Positions 1 through 8,287 are shown, numbered from the stretch's first letter. The stretch is DNA of 24,000 bases from Acholeplasmatales bacterium (GCA_031284585.1 JAITXT010000022.1:13823-37822); one strand, 5' to 3'. Notes: a model not told the origin generated them from the sequence alone. Program-made: numbers and translations.

Positions 1-1456
1 CATTAATCGATAAAGCAACTGATCCAGAATGTCCAGCACTTAAACCTTCAACTTCTACTGAACCATTACTATCATACTCACGGTAAACAGGTAGAGGAGC
101 AACATCCCATTCATATTTATTTCCTGATTGTCCCGTAGGAGTTCCAGGTAAATTTTGCATTTGTTTTCTAAAATTAGTTACATTCCATCTTCCATCAACT
201 AGCATAGCAACATTTCCATTTGCAAATGCTTTTGTTTTTCCAGAGTCTCCACCTATTGAAGTAGGAGAAGGAGTAACTCCATAACCATATTGATTATTAC
301 CTTGGAAATTATCAACTAAAGTAGTAGTCGATTGACCTAATCTTATAAATTCCACAAAAGCATCTCTTTGACTAGGTAATTTCTTTAGTTTTCCGGAAGT
401 AACAGCAGCTAATATCTCTGGTTTAATAGTTTCAGTAGTAGGAGATACTAATTTATCATACCAACTAATAATTTCTCTCTTTGCATAATGATTAGCACCA
501 ATATCAAAACCATTATCATCGTAAACTATAAAATTGGGCGTAGGATCCATTAAACTAAATGTGTAATATCCACCGTTAAATGTAGTATCATTTGAAGGAA
601 TATATTCAATACAATCTCCACCAACACTCCATCCATAATTAAACCACCATTCTGTATGAAAACCATAATTTGCAGGAGAACCTTGTTGAACAACTCTTGC
701 ACATTCTACTGTCTCTTCCCAATTCATAGCGATTTGGTTATTAAATACTTTTTTCCCATTAATAACTTGATATCCTTTATGAAGCACTTCACCTGTAATT
801 TGATAATCAGATTTAGTAGCACCCCTAGAATCTTTTTCCCCACCATTAAAAAGGCTAAGTGATTCAGGAGAAACAGATATTACTGTTACTCCAGCAGTCT
901 TAAAAAAGGTTTCATTATAGTATATTACTGTTGGTCCTATATCTTTAGGAATACCCCAATACTTTGCATTAGGTCCAGTCGAAGTAGTAGTATCGACATC
1001 GTATAAATACCTATTAATTGATGATTCCCACATATCTTCGATATTTACCTTAGTAGATTCCTCAATATAACTATCAAGAGGTAATAAATATCCCAAGGTT
1101 GCTAGAGCCTTAAAAGAATCATCTGGAACATATACAACATCAGGTCCTTTACTACCTTGAAGTCCTAGTTTCAAAGCATCTCCATATGAATCAGGAGACT
1201 TTTGAATATAGTTCACTTTAATAACGTCTTTATACAAAGCATTAAAAGAATCTACGAGACCTCTAAATACAGCAAGTTCGTCTTGATCTCCATACCCCCA
1301 AAAAGTAATATTAGCTTCTTTTTCACCTGGTCTAACTCCACCATCAGGATCAATAATAATATCTCCTGAATCATCTTTACAAGAAATGATAAAGAAAGGT
1401 ATTACTAATAACAAACAAATAAAACTAATTCTTTTTACAAAATTTTTTCTTAACAT
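1..1456 (-). CDS. ABC-importer carbohydrate-binding lipoprotein (family-1 extracellular solute-binding protein), C-terminus truncated by window edge
   Basis: Not in the ORF track because it runs off the window. Hand translation from the ATG at 1456-1454 gives MLRKNFVKRISFICLLLVIPFFIISCKDDSGDIIIDPDGG..., a signal peptide plus lipobox Cys. The SD AGGAGG at 1461-1466 overlaps the GH43 stop. Downstream come ...ANITFWGYGDQDELAVFRGLVDSFNALYKDVIKVNY...GPDVVYVPDDSFKALATLGYLLPLDSYI... and later ...NYGFHTEWWFNYGWSVGGD..., typical of sugar SBPs. The frame stays open to position 2. Confidence 0.85.
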   Translation of the reverse strand, partial: MLRKNFVKRISFICLLLVIPFFIISCKDDSGDIIIDPDGGVRPGEKEANITFWGYGDQDELAVFRGLVDSFNALYKDVIKVNYIQKSPDSYGDALKLGLQGSKGPDVVYVPDDSFKALATLGYLLPLDSYIEESTKVNIEDMWESSINRYLYDVDTTTSTGPNAKYWGIPKDIGPTVIYYNETFFKTAGVTVISVSPESLSLFNGGEKDSRGATKSDYQITGEVLHKGYQVINGKKVFNNQIAMNWEETVECARVVQQGSPANYGFHTEWWFNYGWSVGGDCIEYIPSNDTTFNGGYYTFSLMDPTPNFIVYDDNGFDIGANHYAKREIISWYDKLVSPTTETIKPEILAAVTSGKLKKLPSQRDAFVEFIRLGQSTTTLVDNFQGNNQYGYGVTPSPTSIGGDSGKTKAFANGNVAMLVDGRWNVTNFRKQMQNLPGTPTGQSGNKYEWDVAPLPVYREYDSNGSVEVEGLSAGHSGSVALSIN

Positions 1457-1464
1457 AATTCCTC

Positions 1465-2355
1465 CTATTTATAATCAATTATTAAATTATTATCTTTAAA
1501 AAATACTTTAGAAAAACAAGTTGTTCTGTCACCACTTGGTTCATCTATATTGGTATGTATATGATAAGATGTCATTAGAGAGTTATTATTTGCCCTGAAA
1601 TAGGCATTATGACCAGGACCTGAAATAACATTATCTATATATTTTAAAATTGGATTATTAGGTGATTTTACATATGGTCCTAGAGGATTAGAAGAAGTTG
1701 AATAACAAACACAATATTTCTTATCTAAATACATATTAGTAGAATAAGAAAGATAATAGATTCCGTTATTTTTTAAAACAAATGGTCCTTCATTCCATTG
1801 CCATGAAGAATTAATTCCTTCATAAGCTTCTGTTGGAGTAGATATTAATATAGGTTCACCATCTAGTGTTACTAAGTCATTTTTTAACTTAACTCCATAG
1901 ATTTGAGATATATGATTTCCATCCACAATATTTAAAGAGCAATCTTTTGCATAAAACATATAGATAGTCCCATCATCATCTTTAAAAAGATGCCCATCAA
2001 TCGCTGCATATCCAAAATCAAAAGTAGGTTTATCTGATAAGTCTTTAAATATACCAAGCGCGGAAGTTGCTTTAGCAAGCGATAGCGTTAAATAACCTGT
2101 ATCAATATTTCTTGAGGTAAATAACATATAAAATTCATCATTTAAATAATAAACTTCAGGTGCCCAAAAACATTCATATCCAACTTTAGAGTGATGGTAA
2201 CACAAACCTTTATCTTCCCAATTAATTAAATCATTTGAAATAAAAACTTTAAAACCCTCATTAGACGAGGTAGAATAGTGATAGTAAACGCTTTCATAAA
2301 CAAGAATGAAAGGATCTCCGATATTTGTTATTTTCGTTTTGAGTATTTTTTCCAT
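1465..2355 (-). CDS. Glycoside hydrolase family 43 (beta-xylosidase/alpha-L-arabinofuranosidase type), cytoplasmic
   Basis: Track ORF 1465..2394 starts at a TTG with no SD. I prefer the ATG at 2355, preceded by GAGAGGAAAAG, giving MEKILKTKITNIGDPFIL.... GH43 hallmarks: catalytic-base Asp in NIGDPFIL, WAPEVYY, pKa-modulator Asp in AIDGHLF, and catalytic-acid Glu in WNEGPFV. No signal peptide. The stop lies 8 nt before the SBP start, so they form an operon. Confidence 0.88.
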   Translation of the reverse strand: MEKILKTKITNIGDPFILVYESVYYHYSTSSNEGFKVFISNDLINWEDKGLCYHHSKVGYECFWAPEVYYLNDEFYMLFTSRNIDTGYLTLSLAKATSALGIFKDLSDKPTFDFGYAAIDGHLFKDDDGTIYMFYAKDCSLNIVDGNHISQIYGVKLKNDLVTLDGEPILISTPTEAYEGINSSWQWNEGPFVLKNNGIYYLSYSTNMYLDKKYCVCYSTSSNPLGPYVKSPNNPILKYIDNVISGPGHNAYFRANNNSLMTSYHIHTNIDEPSGDRTTCFSKVFFKDNNLIIDYK

Positions 2356-2452
2356 CTTTTCCTCTCTTAACATTATCGTTAATGTAGAAATCAACTAAAG
2401 AAGAACTTTCCTTTTCAAGTTAATTCTTCTATCTATTAGTTATGTCAATGTA

Positions 2453-2458
2453 ATTATA
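2453..2458 (-). promoter_or_regulatory. Candidate -10 box (TATAAT) for the GH43/SBP operon
   Basis: The minus strand reads ...ttttttgTATAATtaca..., about 95 nt upstream of the GH43 ATG. There is a T-rich upstream tract and no convincing -35. Confidence 0.3.
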
Positions 2459-2675
2459 CAAAAAATAAAATATAAAAATAAAAAAAAGAACTTATTTTAT
2501 AATTTTTATGATAAATTTAGCCTAAATTCTTTTAAAAAATAGAAGTATAATCTTTTTTATTTGAAAAACATCAAAATATTTAATTATTTAAATAACTTAT
2601 AGAAAAATTATATTTTCATTGAAAGATGAAATTTTACCTGAAAAAAGGAAAGAAAAGAGCAAATTCTCGCCTTTA

Positions 2676-2684
2676 TGTTATAAT
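2676..2684 (+). promoter_or_regulatory. Candidate extended -10 promoter (TGtTATAAT) for the surface lipoprotein gene
   Basis: The plus strand reads cctttaTGtTATAATatttac, with TATAAT at 2679-2684 and TG at 2676-2677. It lies about 80 nt upstream of the ATG at 2765. The SD AAGGAG is at 2753-2758. The -35 is weak. Confidence 0.45.
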
Positions 2685-2764
2685 ATTTACATCAGCATAT
2701 TTTGTAAAGAGTATTATTGATAAAGTAATCTTTACTTATATGTTAATAAATTAAGGAGTATTAA

Positions 2765-4597
2765 ATGAAAAAAAACCATATAATTTTACTAATAATATTT
2801 ATAACATTAATCTTTATTTCGTGTCAAAAAATTGAAACACCTGTTTTAGAAATCGAAGGTACATCTAATATTTATTTAGATAGTTCAAATACAGCGGTCT
2901 ATTCAATTAAAAAAAGCGAACATATAAGTGATGTAATTATTTGGGATATTATCAACAAAGATGATGTTCTTGATGTAGATATAGAAGATGGTAAAGTAAC
3001 TATAAACAATGAAATCGAAGGAAATTCGAAAGCCTATTTCACTGTTCTTGCCTATGATTCTCTAAACACTTCAATTAAATCAACAATTGGAGTTACAGTT
3101 CATGGAAGAATAATTAGTTTAGAAATTACTGGAGCAAGCACACTTGCTGTCGGAGAAACGATAGTTTTAAATGCAATCACAACTGGAACAAGTAATATTA
3201 CTTGGACTATAAGTTCTTTGACACTTGCGGAAATGGTCATAGTTAGTAACACAAAAGTCTCAATCAAAGGATTAAAACCAGGAATTGTTACTGTAACCGC
3301 GAAAATGAATAATCAAAAAATAATTGATACTCATAACCTTATTATTGAAGAAGCTACTGAGATAATTGATTTAACAGTATCTCTTACTGGGCCTACTTCT
3401 TTAATTATCGGTGAAAATTACAAGTATATTCCAGTCGTAAGCAATAATTCAATTCAAATATTTACTTGGTTAAGTTCTGACGAAACTAAAGCAACCGTAT
3501 CTTCCGCTGGAGTAGTTACAGCTCTAAAAAAAGGAAAAGTAATTATAACTGCAAATATACTTTCAACAAAGATAACAGGTTCAATAAGTATTGATATTTT
3601 AGAACCAGATCCAATTAATATGAGTATTGAAGGTGCAGAGATCATTAACCTAAATTATTCAAATGAATCACAATATACTATTTCTCATGATTACACGGGT
3701 TCTCTTCTTGTAAATGTCCTATGGTCTATCGTTAGTGGCCCAGAATCCACTATAAATGAAGGTTTATTAACTGTTAATGAAATAGGAACCATTCAAATAG
3801 AGGCAAGCGTTTCAATTGGTACTATAAATAGAATAATTTATAAAACTATTGAAGTAATAAATGCTAACACAGAAACTGAATACATAGTTATCTATGATTT
3901 AAATGATAGTTCTATTTTACCAGCTACAAATAGCACTGATAATTATTCAAAATACTTAAAAAATGAAAATATATATTTAAGTAATCCAGAAAGAGAGGGT
4001 TTTGCCTTTAGAGGTTGGTACTTAAATGATATTTTTTTAGATGATAACCATCTAGCTTCAAATGCTTATGAAGGTATCATTACCCTTAAAGCAAAATGGA
4101 TTAATAAATATAATATAGTTGGCTCAATGAATAGTTTTGAAACAGTTTTAGGAGATGGAATTATTCTTGTTCCATTAATAGTAGAAAATAGCTGGGATGG
4201 TCATTCATATATATCTAATGAAATTGAGATAGTTAGTGAAACTACTTATAAAGTTCGTGGAGATTCATTATACTCTTTTCCAGAAGGATCTGGAACTGAA
4301 AGAGTAATTGATTTGCTAGGATTTTATACTTTCTATTTTAATGATTCTTTTTTAGAATTAAGAGCGGACATAGTAACAATAAATATTATTCTAAATAATC
4401 ATTTCCCACTCTTTGAAAATACTAATGTATTTGTTTTAAATAAAGGATCAAAAATTAATGTTCAAATGTTTATCAAGGATGAATATTTATTAGAAAATAT
4501 TTATTATGATTTAGAAAAATTATTATTATTTGATTTCGATACTCCAATTCTATCAAACATCGATATTCATGTTTTTTATAACGAACTTATTTATTAA
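2765..4597 (+). CDS. Surface lipoprotein with tandem Ig-like (Big_2-type) domains, a Listeria-Bacteroides (Flg_new) repeat and an uncharacterised C-terminal region; no catalytic domain recognised
   Basis: MKKNHIILLIIFITLIFISC gives a signal peptide with lipobox Cys20 (tgt at 2822-2824). A Big_2-like signature is seen at aa 200-280 (GENYKYIPVV...FTWLSSDETKATVSSAGVVTALKKGKVIITA) and aa 114-195 (LAVGETIVLNAIT...ITWTISS...GLKPGIVTVTA). The Flg_new signature is at aa 372-445 (YIVIYDLND...PEREGFAFRGWYLND...IITLKAKW). Confidence 0.8.
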   Translation: MKKNHIILLIIFITLIFISCQKIETPVLEIEGTSNIYLDSSNTAVYSIKKSEHISDVIIWDIINKDDVLDVDIEDGKVTINNEIEGNSKAYFTVLAYDSLNTSIKSTIGVTVHGRIISLEITGASTLAVGETIVLNAITTGTSNITWTISSLTLAEMVIVSNTKVSIKGLKPGIVTVTAKMNNQKIIDTHNLIIEEATEIIDLTVSLTGPTSLIIGENYKYIPVVSNNSIQIFTWLSSDETKATVSSAGVVTALKKGKVIITANILSTKITGSISIDILEPDPINMSIEGAEIINLNYSNESQYTISHDYTGSLLVNVLWSIVSGPESTINEGLLTVNEIGTIQIEASVSIGTINRIIYKTIEVINANTETEYIVIYDLNDSSILPATNSTDNYSKYLKNENIYLSNPEREGFAFRGWYLNDIFLDDNHLASNAYEGIITLKAKWINKYNIVGSMNSFETVLGDGIILVPLIVENSWDGHSYISNEIEIVSETTYKVRGDSLYSFPEGSGTERVIDLLGFYTFYFNDSFLELRADIVTINIILNNHFPLFENTNVFVLNKGSKINVQMFIKDEYLLENIYYDLEKLLLFDFDTPILSNIDIHVFYNELIY

Positions 4598-4622
4598 TTT
4601 ATAAAATTATTTAAAATTAGAT

Positions 4623-6413
4623 TTATTCAATTTCGTCCTTATATTGAAGTTCATAAAGTGAATGATAAATTCCCCCTAAAGAGAGTAATTCTTGATGATT
4701 ACCACTTTCTTTTATTTCACCTTTTTGCATGACAATAATCTTAGTCGCATGTTGAATTGTTGATAATCTATGAGCAACTATAATCATAGTTGATAGACTC
4801 ATCATTTTTGATAATGATTCTTGAATTAACACTTCTGTTTCACTATCAATATTAGAAGTTGCTTCATCAAGTATTAATAATCTTGGTTTATAAGCTAAAG
4901 TTCTTGCGAAAGAAATCAATTGTTTTTCTCCACTACTAAAATTGTTCCCACGCTCAAGCACCATATGATCATATTTCAAATTTAATTTATTAATTACTTT
5001 ATCGGCATTAACATATTCAGCTGCTTTTTTATATTCTTCTGGTGTTATAGAATCATTATCTAAAGTTAAATTTTTAGAAATAGTATCATTAAATAAGAAC
5101 ACATCTTGAAGCATTTGTCCAATATTTCTCCTAATACTTGAAATTGTATAATCTCTAATATCGATACCATCAAGTAAGATATTCCCCTCATCAACATCAT
5201 AATTTCTTGCTAATAATCCTAAAATTGTCGTTTTACCTGAACCTGTCGCACCAACAAGTGCTATCGTATCTCCGGGATTAATTTCAAAAGAAATATTTTT
5301 TAGAACTTGAACACTCTTTACATAAGAAAAAGATACATTAATAAACTCAATATGTCCAGTAAAATTTACAAGTTCGATTGCATTTTCTTTATCAACAATT
5401 TCATTTTTAGTATCCAAAACATCAAATATTTTTTCAGCACTAGATAACGAATCTTGGAGAACATTAAACTGTTCCGCAATATTTTGAACTGGATCAAAAA
5501 AAGTTTGAATAAAATTAGTGACTGTGTAAAGCATTCCGTATGTAAATAATGTAGGTGCTGAGTTTACTTCTTTAATCCCATAATATAAAACTAAAAATAA
5601 AGTTATTATATACATGAAATATATAAATGGTCTAAATATTGCAAACACTATGATTTCACGAACATAACTCTTTGTTAATTTCAAACTTTTATCCTCAAAT
5701 TCTTTTTTCTTTTTTTCTTCCTGGTTAAAAATTTGGATTATTTTCATTCCAGACATATTTTCAGAAAGAAAAGCATTAATTTCAGAAGCATTATTTTTAA
5801 TTTGCCTATTGGCATATCTTGAGTATTTTCTAAATAAAACAACCGAAAGAACAATAATAGGTAAAAGGGCCGTTAAAATTAAAGTTAGTTTCCAACTATA
5901 GATAAATAAAATTACATAAACACCTATCATATAGAGAATACTTTGGAGTAAATTAACTATCGTATTCGTAAACATTTCAGATAGACTATTTGTATCATTA
6001 ACAACTCTTGTAACAAGTTTACCGATTGGCAAACTATTAATTTGACCAATTGACAAACCGACTATATGGTCATATACTTGCTTTCTTAAATCCGTTACAA
6101 TTGCTTGACCAGTTTTTTGTAAAATAATGTTCTGAAAATACAACAAGAAAACAATAATAAAAATTACAAAAATATAAATAGAAGAAATAAAAATTACAAG
6201 CATTATCTTATCATGATCAGAATACTCAGGTGAAAAAATTCTGTCAATTATTATTCCTGTTATAATGGGAGGAGAAACTTGAAGAGCGATTGAACCAAAC
6301 ATTAATAAAAGTACAATAATAAATTGCTTTAAATATTTCTTAGCAAATAATAATAATCTCTTTATTATTTCCGTATCAGACTTAAGTCTTGTATTTTCAA
6401 CGAAATCTTTCAT
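4623..6413 (-). CDS. ABC exporter permease/ATPase half-transporter (type IV/MDR fold), subunit with the canonical catalytic Glu and a degenerate signature
   Basis: 596 aa with an N-terminal 6-TM-type hydrophobic domain. Walker A is GATGSGKTT, Walker B plus catalytic Glu is LLILDE (E517, 4863-4865), and the H-loop is VAHRLST. The signature motif is non-canonical, FSSGEKQ (4920-4940), instead of LSGGQ. It starts 1 nt after the upstream partner gene ends. Confidence 0.9.
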   Translation of the reverse strand: MKDFVENTRLKSDTEIIKRLLLFAKKYLKQFIIVLLLMFGSIALQVSPPIITGIIIDRIFSPEYSDHDKIMLVIFISSIYIFVIFIIVFLLYFQNIILQKTGQAIVTDLRKQVYDHIVGLSIGQINSLPIGKLVTRVVNDTNSLSEMFTNTIVNLLQSILYMIGVYVILFIYSWKLTLILTALLPIIVLSVVLFRKYSRYANRQIKNNASEINAFLSENMSGMKIIQIFNQEEKKKKEFEDKSLKLTKSYVREIIVFAIFRPFIYFMYIITLFLVLYYGIKEVNSAPTLFTYGMLYTVTNFIQTFFDPVQNIAEQFNVLQDSLSSAEKIFDVLDTKNEIVDKENAIELVNFTGHIEFINVSFSYVKSVQVLKNISFEINPGDTIALVGATGSGKTTILGLLARNYDVDEGNILLDGIDIRDYTISSIRRNIGQMLQDVFLFNDTISKNLTLDNDSITPEEYKKAAEYVNADKVINKLNLKYDHMVLERGNNFSSGEKQLISFARTLAYKPRLLILDEATSNIDSETEVLIQESLSKMMSLSTMIIVAHRLSTIQHATKIIVMQKGEIKESGNHQELLSLGGIYHSLYELQYKDEIE

Positions 6414-6414
6414 T

Positions 6415-8175
6415 TTATTTACCTATTGCCTTTTCTTCAAGAGTTTGTAATCTAACTAATTCCTGGTAAAGTGGACACCTTTTATTTAATTCATCATGAG
6501 TTCCAATATCTACAATCTTCCCAAGATCTAAAAGAATGATTTTATTCATTTTTTTAACAGTAGATATTCTATGAGCAATAAAAATAGTAGTTTTATTACT
6601 TCTAATCTCATGAAGGTTCGCAATTATTTCTTCTTCTGTCAATGTATCAACAGCAGAAACCGAATCATCAAGAATTAATATTTCTGGATTTTTATAAATT
6701 GCTCTAGCGATTGAAATTCGCTGTTTCTGACCACCTGAAACAGTTACTCCTCTTTCACCTAAAATTGTATCAAATCCTTGTTCAAATTCAATAATATTTT
6801 CATATACATCAGAAAGTTTAGAAGAATTAATAACTAGATCAAGAGAGGGTACTTCATCTGAAAACGCAATATTTGATTTTATAGTATCAGAAAATAAAAA
6901 ATTATCTTGAGGAACATAACCAATGTTTTTTCTAACATCTTCAACTCGTAAATCCATTATATCGTTATTTCCTAAAAATAACATGTTATTTTCAACATTG
7001 TAAATACGAAGTAATAAATCAACAAGTGAACTTTTCCCACTTCCCGTTCTTCCTAATATTCCAACCATTTCACCTTTATTAATTTTAAAAGAAATATCAT
7101 CTAGGACTTTTGTTTCGCTATCAGGATAAATAAAAGATAAATGTGAAGCCGTAATGGAACCATCAATAATTGGATCTATTTCACAATTTACTTTATTCCT
7201 TACTAATATTTTCTCATCTAATAACGAAGAAATTCTTTTCTCACTTGCTCTTGACTGATTACTAAAATTAAGAAATTGAGATATTGCCATCGCAGGCCAA
7301 ATAAGCGTAAAATAATATGAAGTATATTCAGTAAATTGTCCACTAGTAAAATTAGATTTACCACCTATTACTAGAAATGAAGTGTACCATAAAATAATCA
7401 GAATCGCAATACTTGCTACAACGTTAATACTAATATTAACAAAAATAGATTGCTTAACAAAAGTAATATGCTTTTCCTTTAAATCGATACTTTTCTCGGA
7501 AAATCTTTCGCTAAATTTTTCTTCTCTAACAAATGCTTTTAAAACAGAAATCCCTGAATATGCTTCCTGAGTAAAATCAGATAATTTCGAAAAAGCTTCT
7601 TGTCTTAATAAAAATCTACTTCTTATTCTCTTATTAAAAATAAAAAAAACAATAAATAATCCCATCACTGGAATAGATAGAAACAAAGTCATTTTCAGGC
7701 TAATATCAATCATTCTAGTTACCGAAAAAATAGTCAATGTGACCGAATCTACAAGCATCAATAATCCCCAACCATAATTATTTCTAATCGCATTTAAATC
7801 ATTTGTAAAAAATGACATTAAATTTCCAATTTTCTCTTTTGAATAAAAATCCCTAGAAAGTAGAAGAGCCTTATTAAACATTTTAATTCTAATGTCATGT
7901 TCAATCTTTCGAGATGCAATTAATAAACTTAATCTCCAGAGTACACGCCCGAAAGTTATAATAACTCCAATTATTAAAATTGTAAAAACAGATTTCTGAA
8001 AGTCAAATGAAGTACTTCCTGTTTTTGAAAATTCTTCAAGTGCTGAAATTATTTTACCTATATTTTTAGGAATATCTAATGAGATATAATCAACTACTAT
8101 CAAACTAATTACTCCAATTAGAAAATAAATGAAAAATTTAAAATAATATTTATAAAAGTGTTTACCTAATACCAA
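6415..8175 (-). CDS. ABC exporter permease/ATPase half-transporter, subunit with degenerate Walker B (Asp replaces catalytic Glu) and a canonical signature
   Basis: 586 aa. The TTG start at 8175 is preceded by GGGAGG with a 6-nt spacer. Walker A is GRTGSGKSS, the signature is VSGGQKQ, Walker B is ILILDD (D504 at 6664-6666, where the catalytic Glu is expected), and the H-loop is IAHRIST. Confidence 0.9.
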   Translation of the reverse strand: MVLGKHFYKYYFKFFIYFLIGVISLIVVDYISLDIPKNIGKIISALEEFSKTGSTSFDFQKSVFTILIIGVIITFGRVLWRLSLLIASRKIEHDIRIKMFNKALLLSRDFYSKEKIGNLMSFFTNDLNAIRNNYGWGLLMLVDSVTLTIFSVTRMIDISLKMTLFLSIPVMGLFIVFFIFNKRIRSRFLLRQEAFSKLSDFTQEAYSGISVLKAFVREEKFSERFSEKSIDLKEKHITFVKQSIFVNISINVVASIAILIILWYTSFLVIGGKSNFTSGQFTEYTSYYFTLIWPAMAISQFLNFSNQSRASEKRISSLLDEKILVRNKVNCEIDPIIDGSITASHLSFIYPDSETKVLDDISFKINKGEMVGILGRTGSGKSSLVDLLLRIYNVENNMLFLGNNDIMDLRVEDVRKNIGYVPQDNFLFSDTIKSNIAFSDEVPSLDLVINSSKLSDVYENIIEFEQGFDTILGERGVTVSGGQKQRISIARAIYKNPEILILDDSVSAVDTLTEEEIIANLHEIRSNKTTIFIAHRISTVKKMNKIILLDLGKIVDIGTHDELNKRCPLYQELVRLQTLEEKAIGK

Positions 8176-8206
8176 AGAGTACCTCCCATTTTAAAATATA
8201 GTAATA

Positions 8207-8212
8207 ATTATA
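8207..8212 (-). promoter_or_regulatory. Candidate -10 box (TATAAT) for the ABC exporter operon
   Basis: The minus strand reads aaattatagTATAATtattac, about 30 nt upstream of the TTG start, and the SD GGAGG lies downstream. There is no good -35. The same bases form the loop and stem of a weak hairpin (8197-8217), so the interpretation is ambiguous. Confidence 0.3.
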
Positions 8213-8271
8213 CTATAATTTAAAAAGTAATATATAAATGAGTATATTATTTATCTTATTCATAAAAGATT

Positions 8272-8287
8272 TATTTAAAAAAATTAA
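8272..8287 (+). repeat. Left copy of a perfect 16-bp direct repeat, TATTTAAAAAAATTAA
   Basis: Identical 16-mer, in the same orientation, as 10245-10260. It lies 10 nt beyond the 3' end of the DUF2779-like gene. Confidence 0.6.

Noticed and set aside
656-862. 68-aa plus-strand ORF from the track
   Set aside because: It lies entirely antisense to the well-supported sugar-binding lipoprotein CDS (1-1456, minus). It has no SD and a low-complexity translation, so it is a shadow ORF.
2356-2394. 13-codon TTG-initiated extension of the GH43 ORF
   Set aside because: The TTG has no SD. The ATG at 2355 has GAGAGG upstream and gives the usual GH43 N-terminal spacing to the catalytic Asp.
2443-2458. Perfect TTGACA (2443-2448) and TATAAT (2453-2458) hexamers on the minus strand near the GH43 gene
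   Set aside because: They are in the wrong order: the TATAAT is upstream of the TTGACA and only 4 nt away. They cannot form one sigma-70-type promoter, and no good -10 follows the TTGACA at 16-18 nt.
2514-2528. 7-1-7 inverted repeat AATTTAG-c-CTAAATT in the divergent control region, as a possible repressor operator
   Set aside because: It is short and almost pure A/T in about 85% A+T DNA, so the chance expectation is high. It has no recognisable similarity to cre/LacI-type operators, and no regulator gene is in the window.
2768-2775. A8 homopolymer immediately after the lipoprotein start codon, as a possible slipped-strand phase-variation switch
   Set aside because: It encodes the normal Lys-Lys-Asn n-region of a signal peptide. 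Such A-runs are ubiquitous in genomes this A+T-rich. With a single sequence there is no evidence of length variation.
3454-3645. 63-aa minus-strand ORF inside the lipoprotein gene
   Set aside because: It is antisense to a CDS with clear domain signatures. It has no start context, so it is a shadow ORF.
4256-4264. RGD tripeptide (YKVRGDSLY) in the surface lipoprotein, as a possible integrin-binding motif
   Set aside because: A tripeptide occurs by chance too often. There is no evidence of host association or of exposure on a loop.
4598-4622. Only 25 bp, with no stable hairpin, between the convergent lipoprotein and ABC exporter genes
   Set aside because: I looked for a shared terminator and found only trivial 5-bp A/T pairings. 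Absence of a visible hairpin in such A/T-rich DNA is not strong evidence of anything unusual.
7382-7570. 62-aa plus-strand ORF inside the ABC exporter gene
   Set aside because: It is an antisense shadow of the transmembrane-domain coding region, with no independent support.
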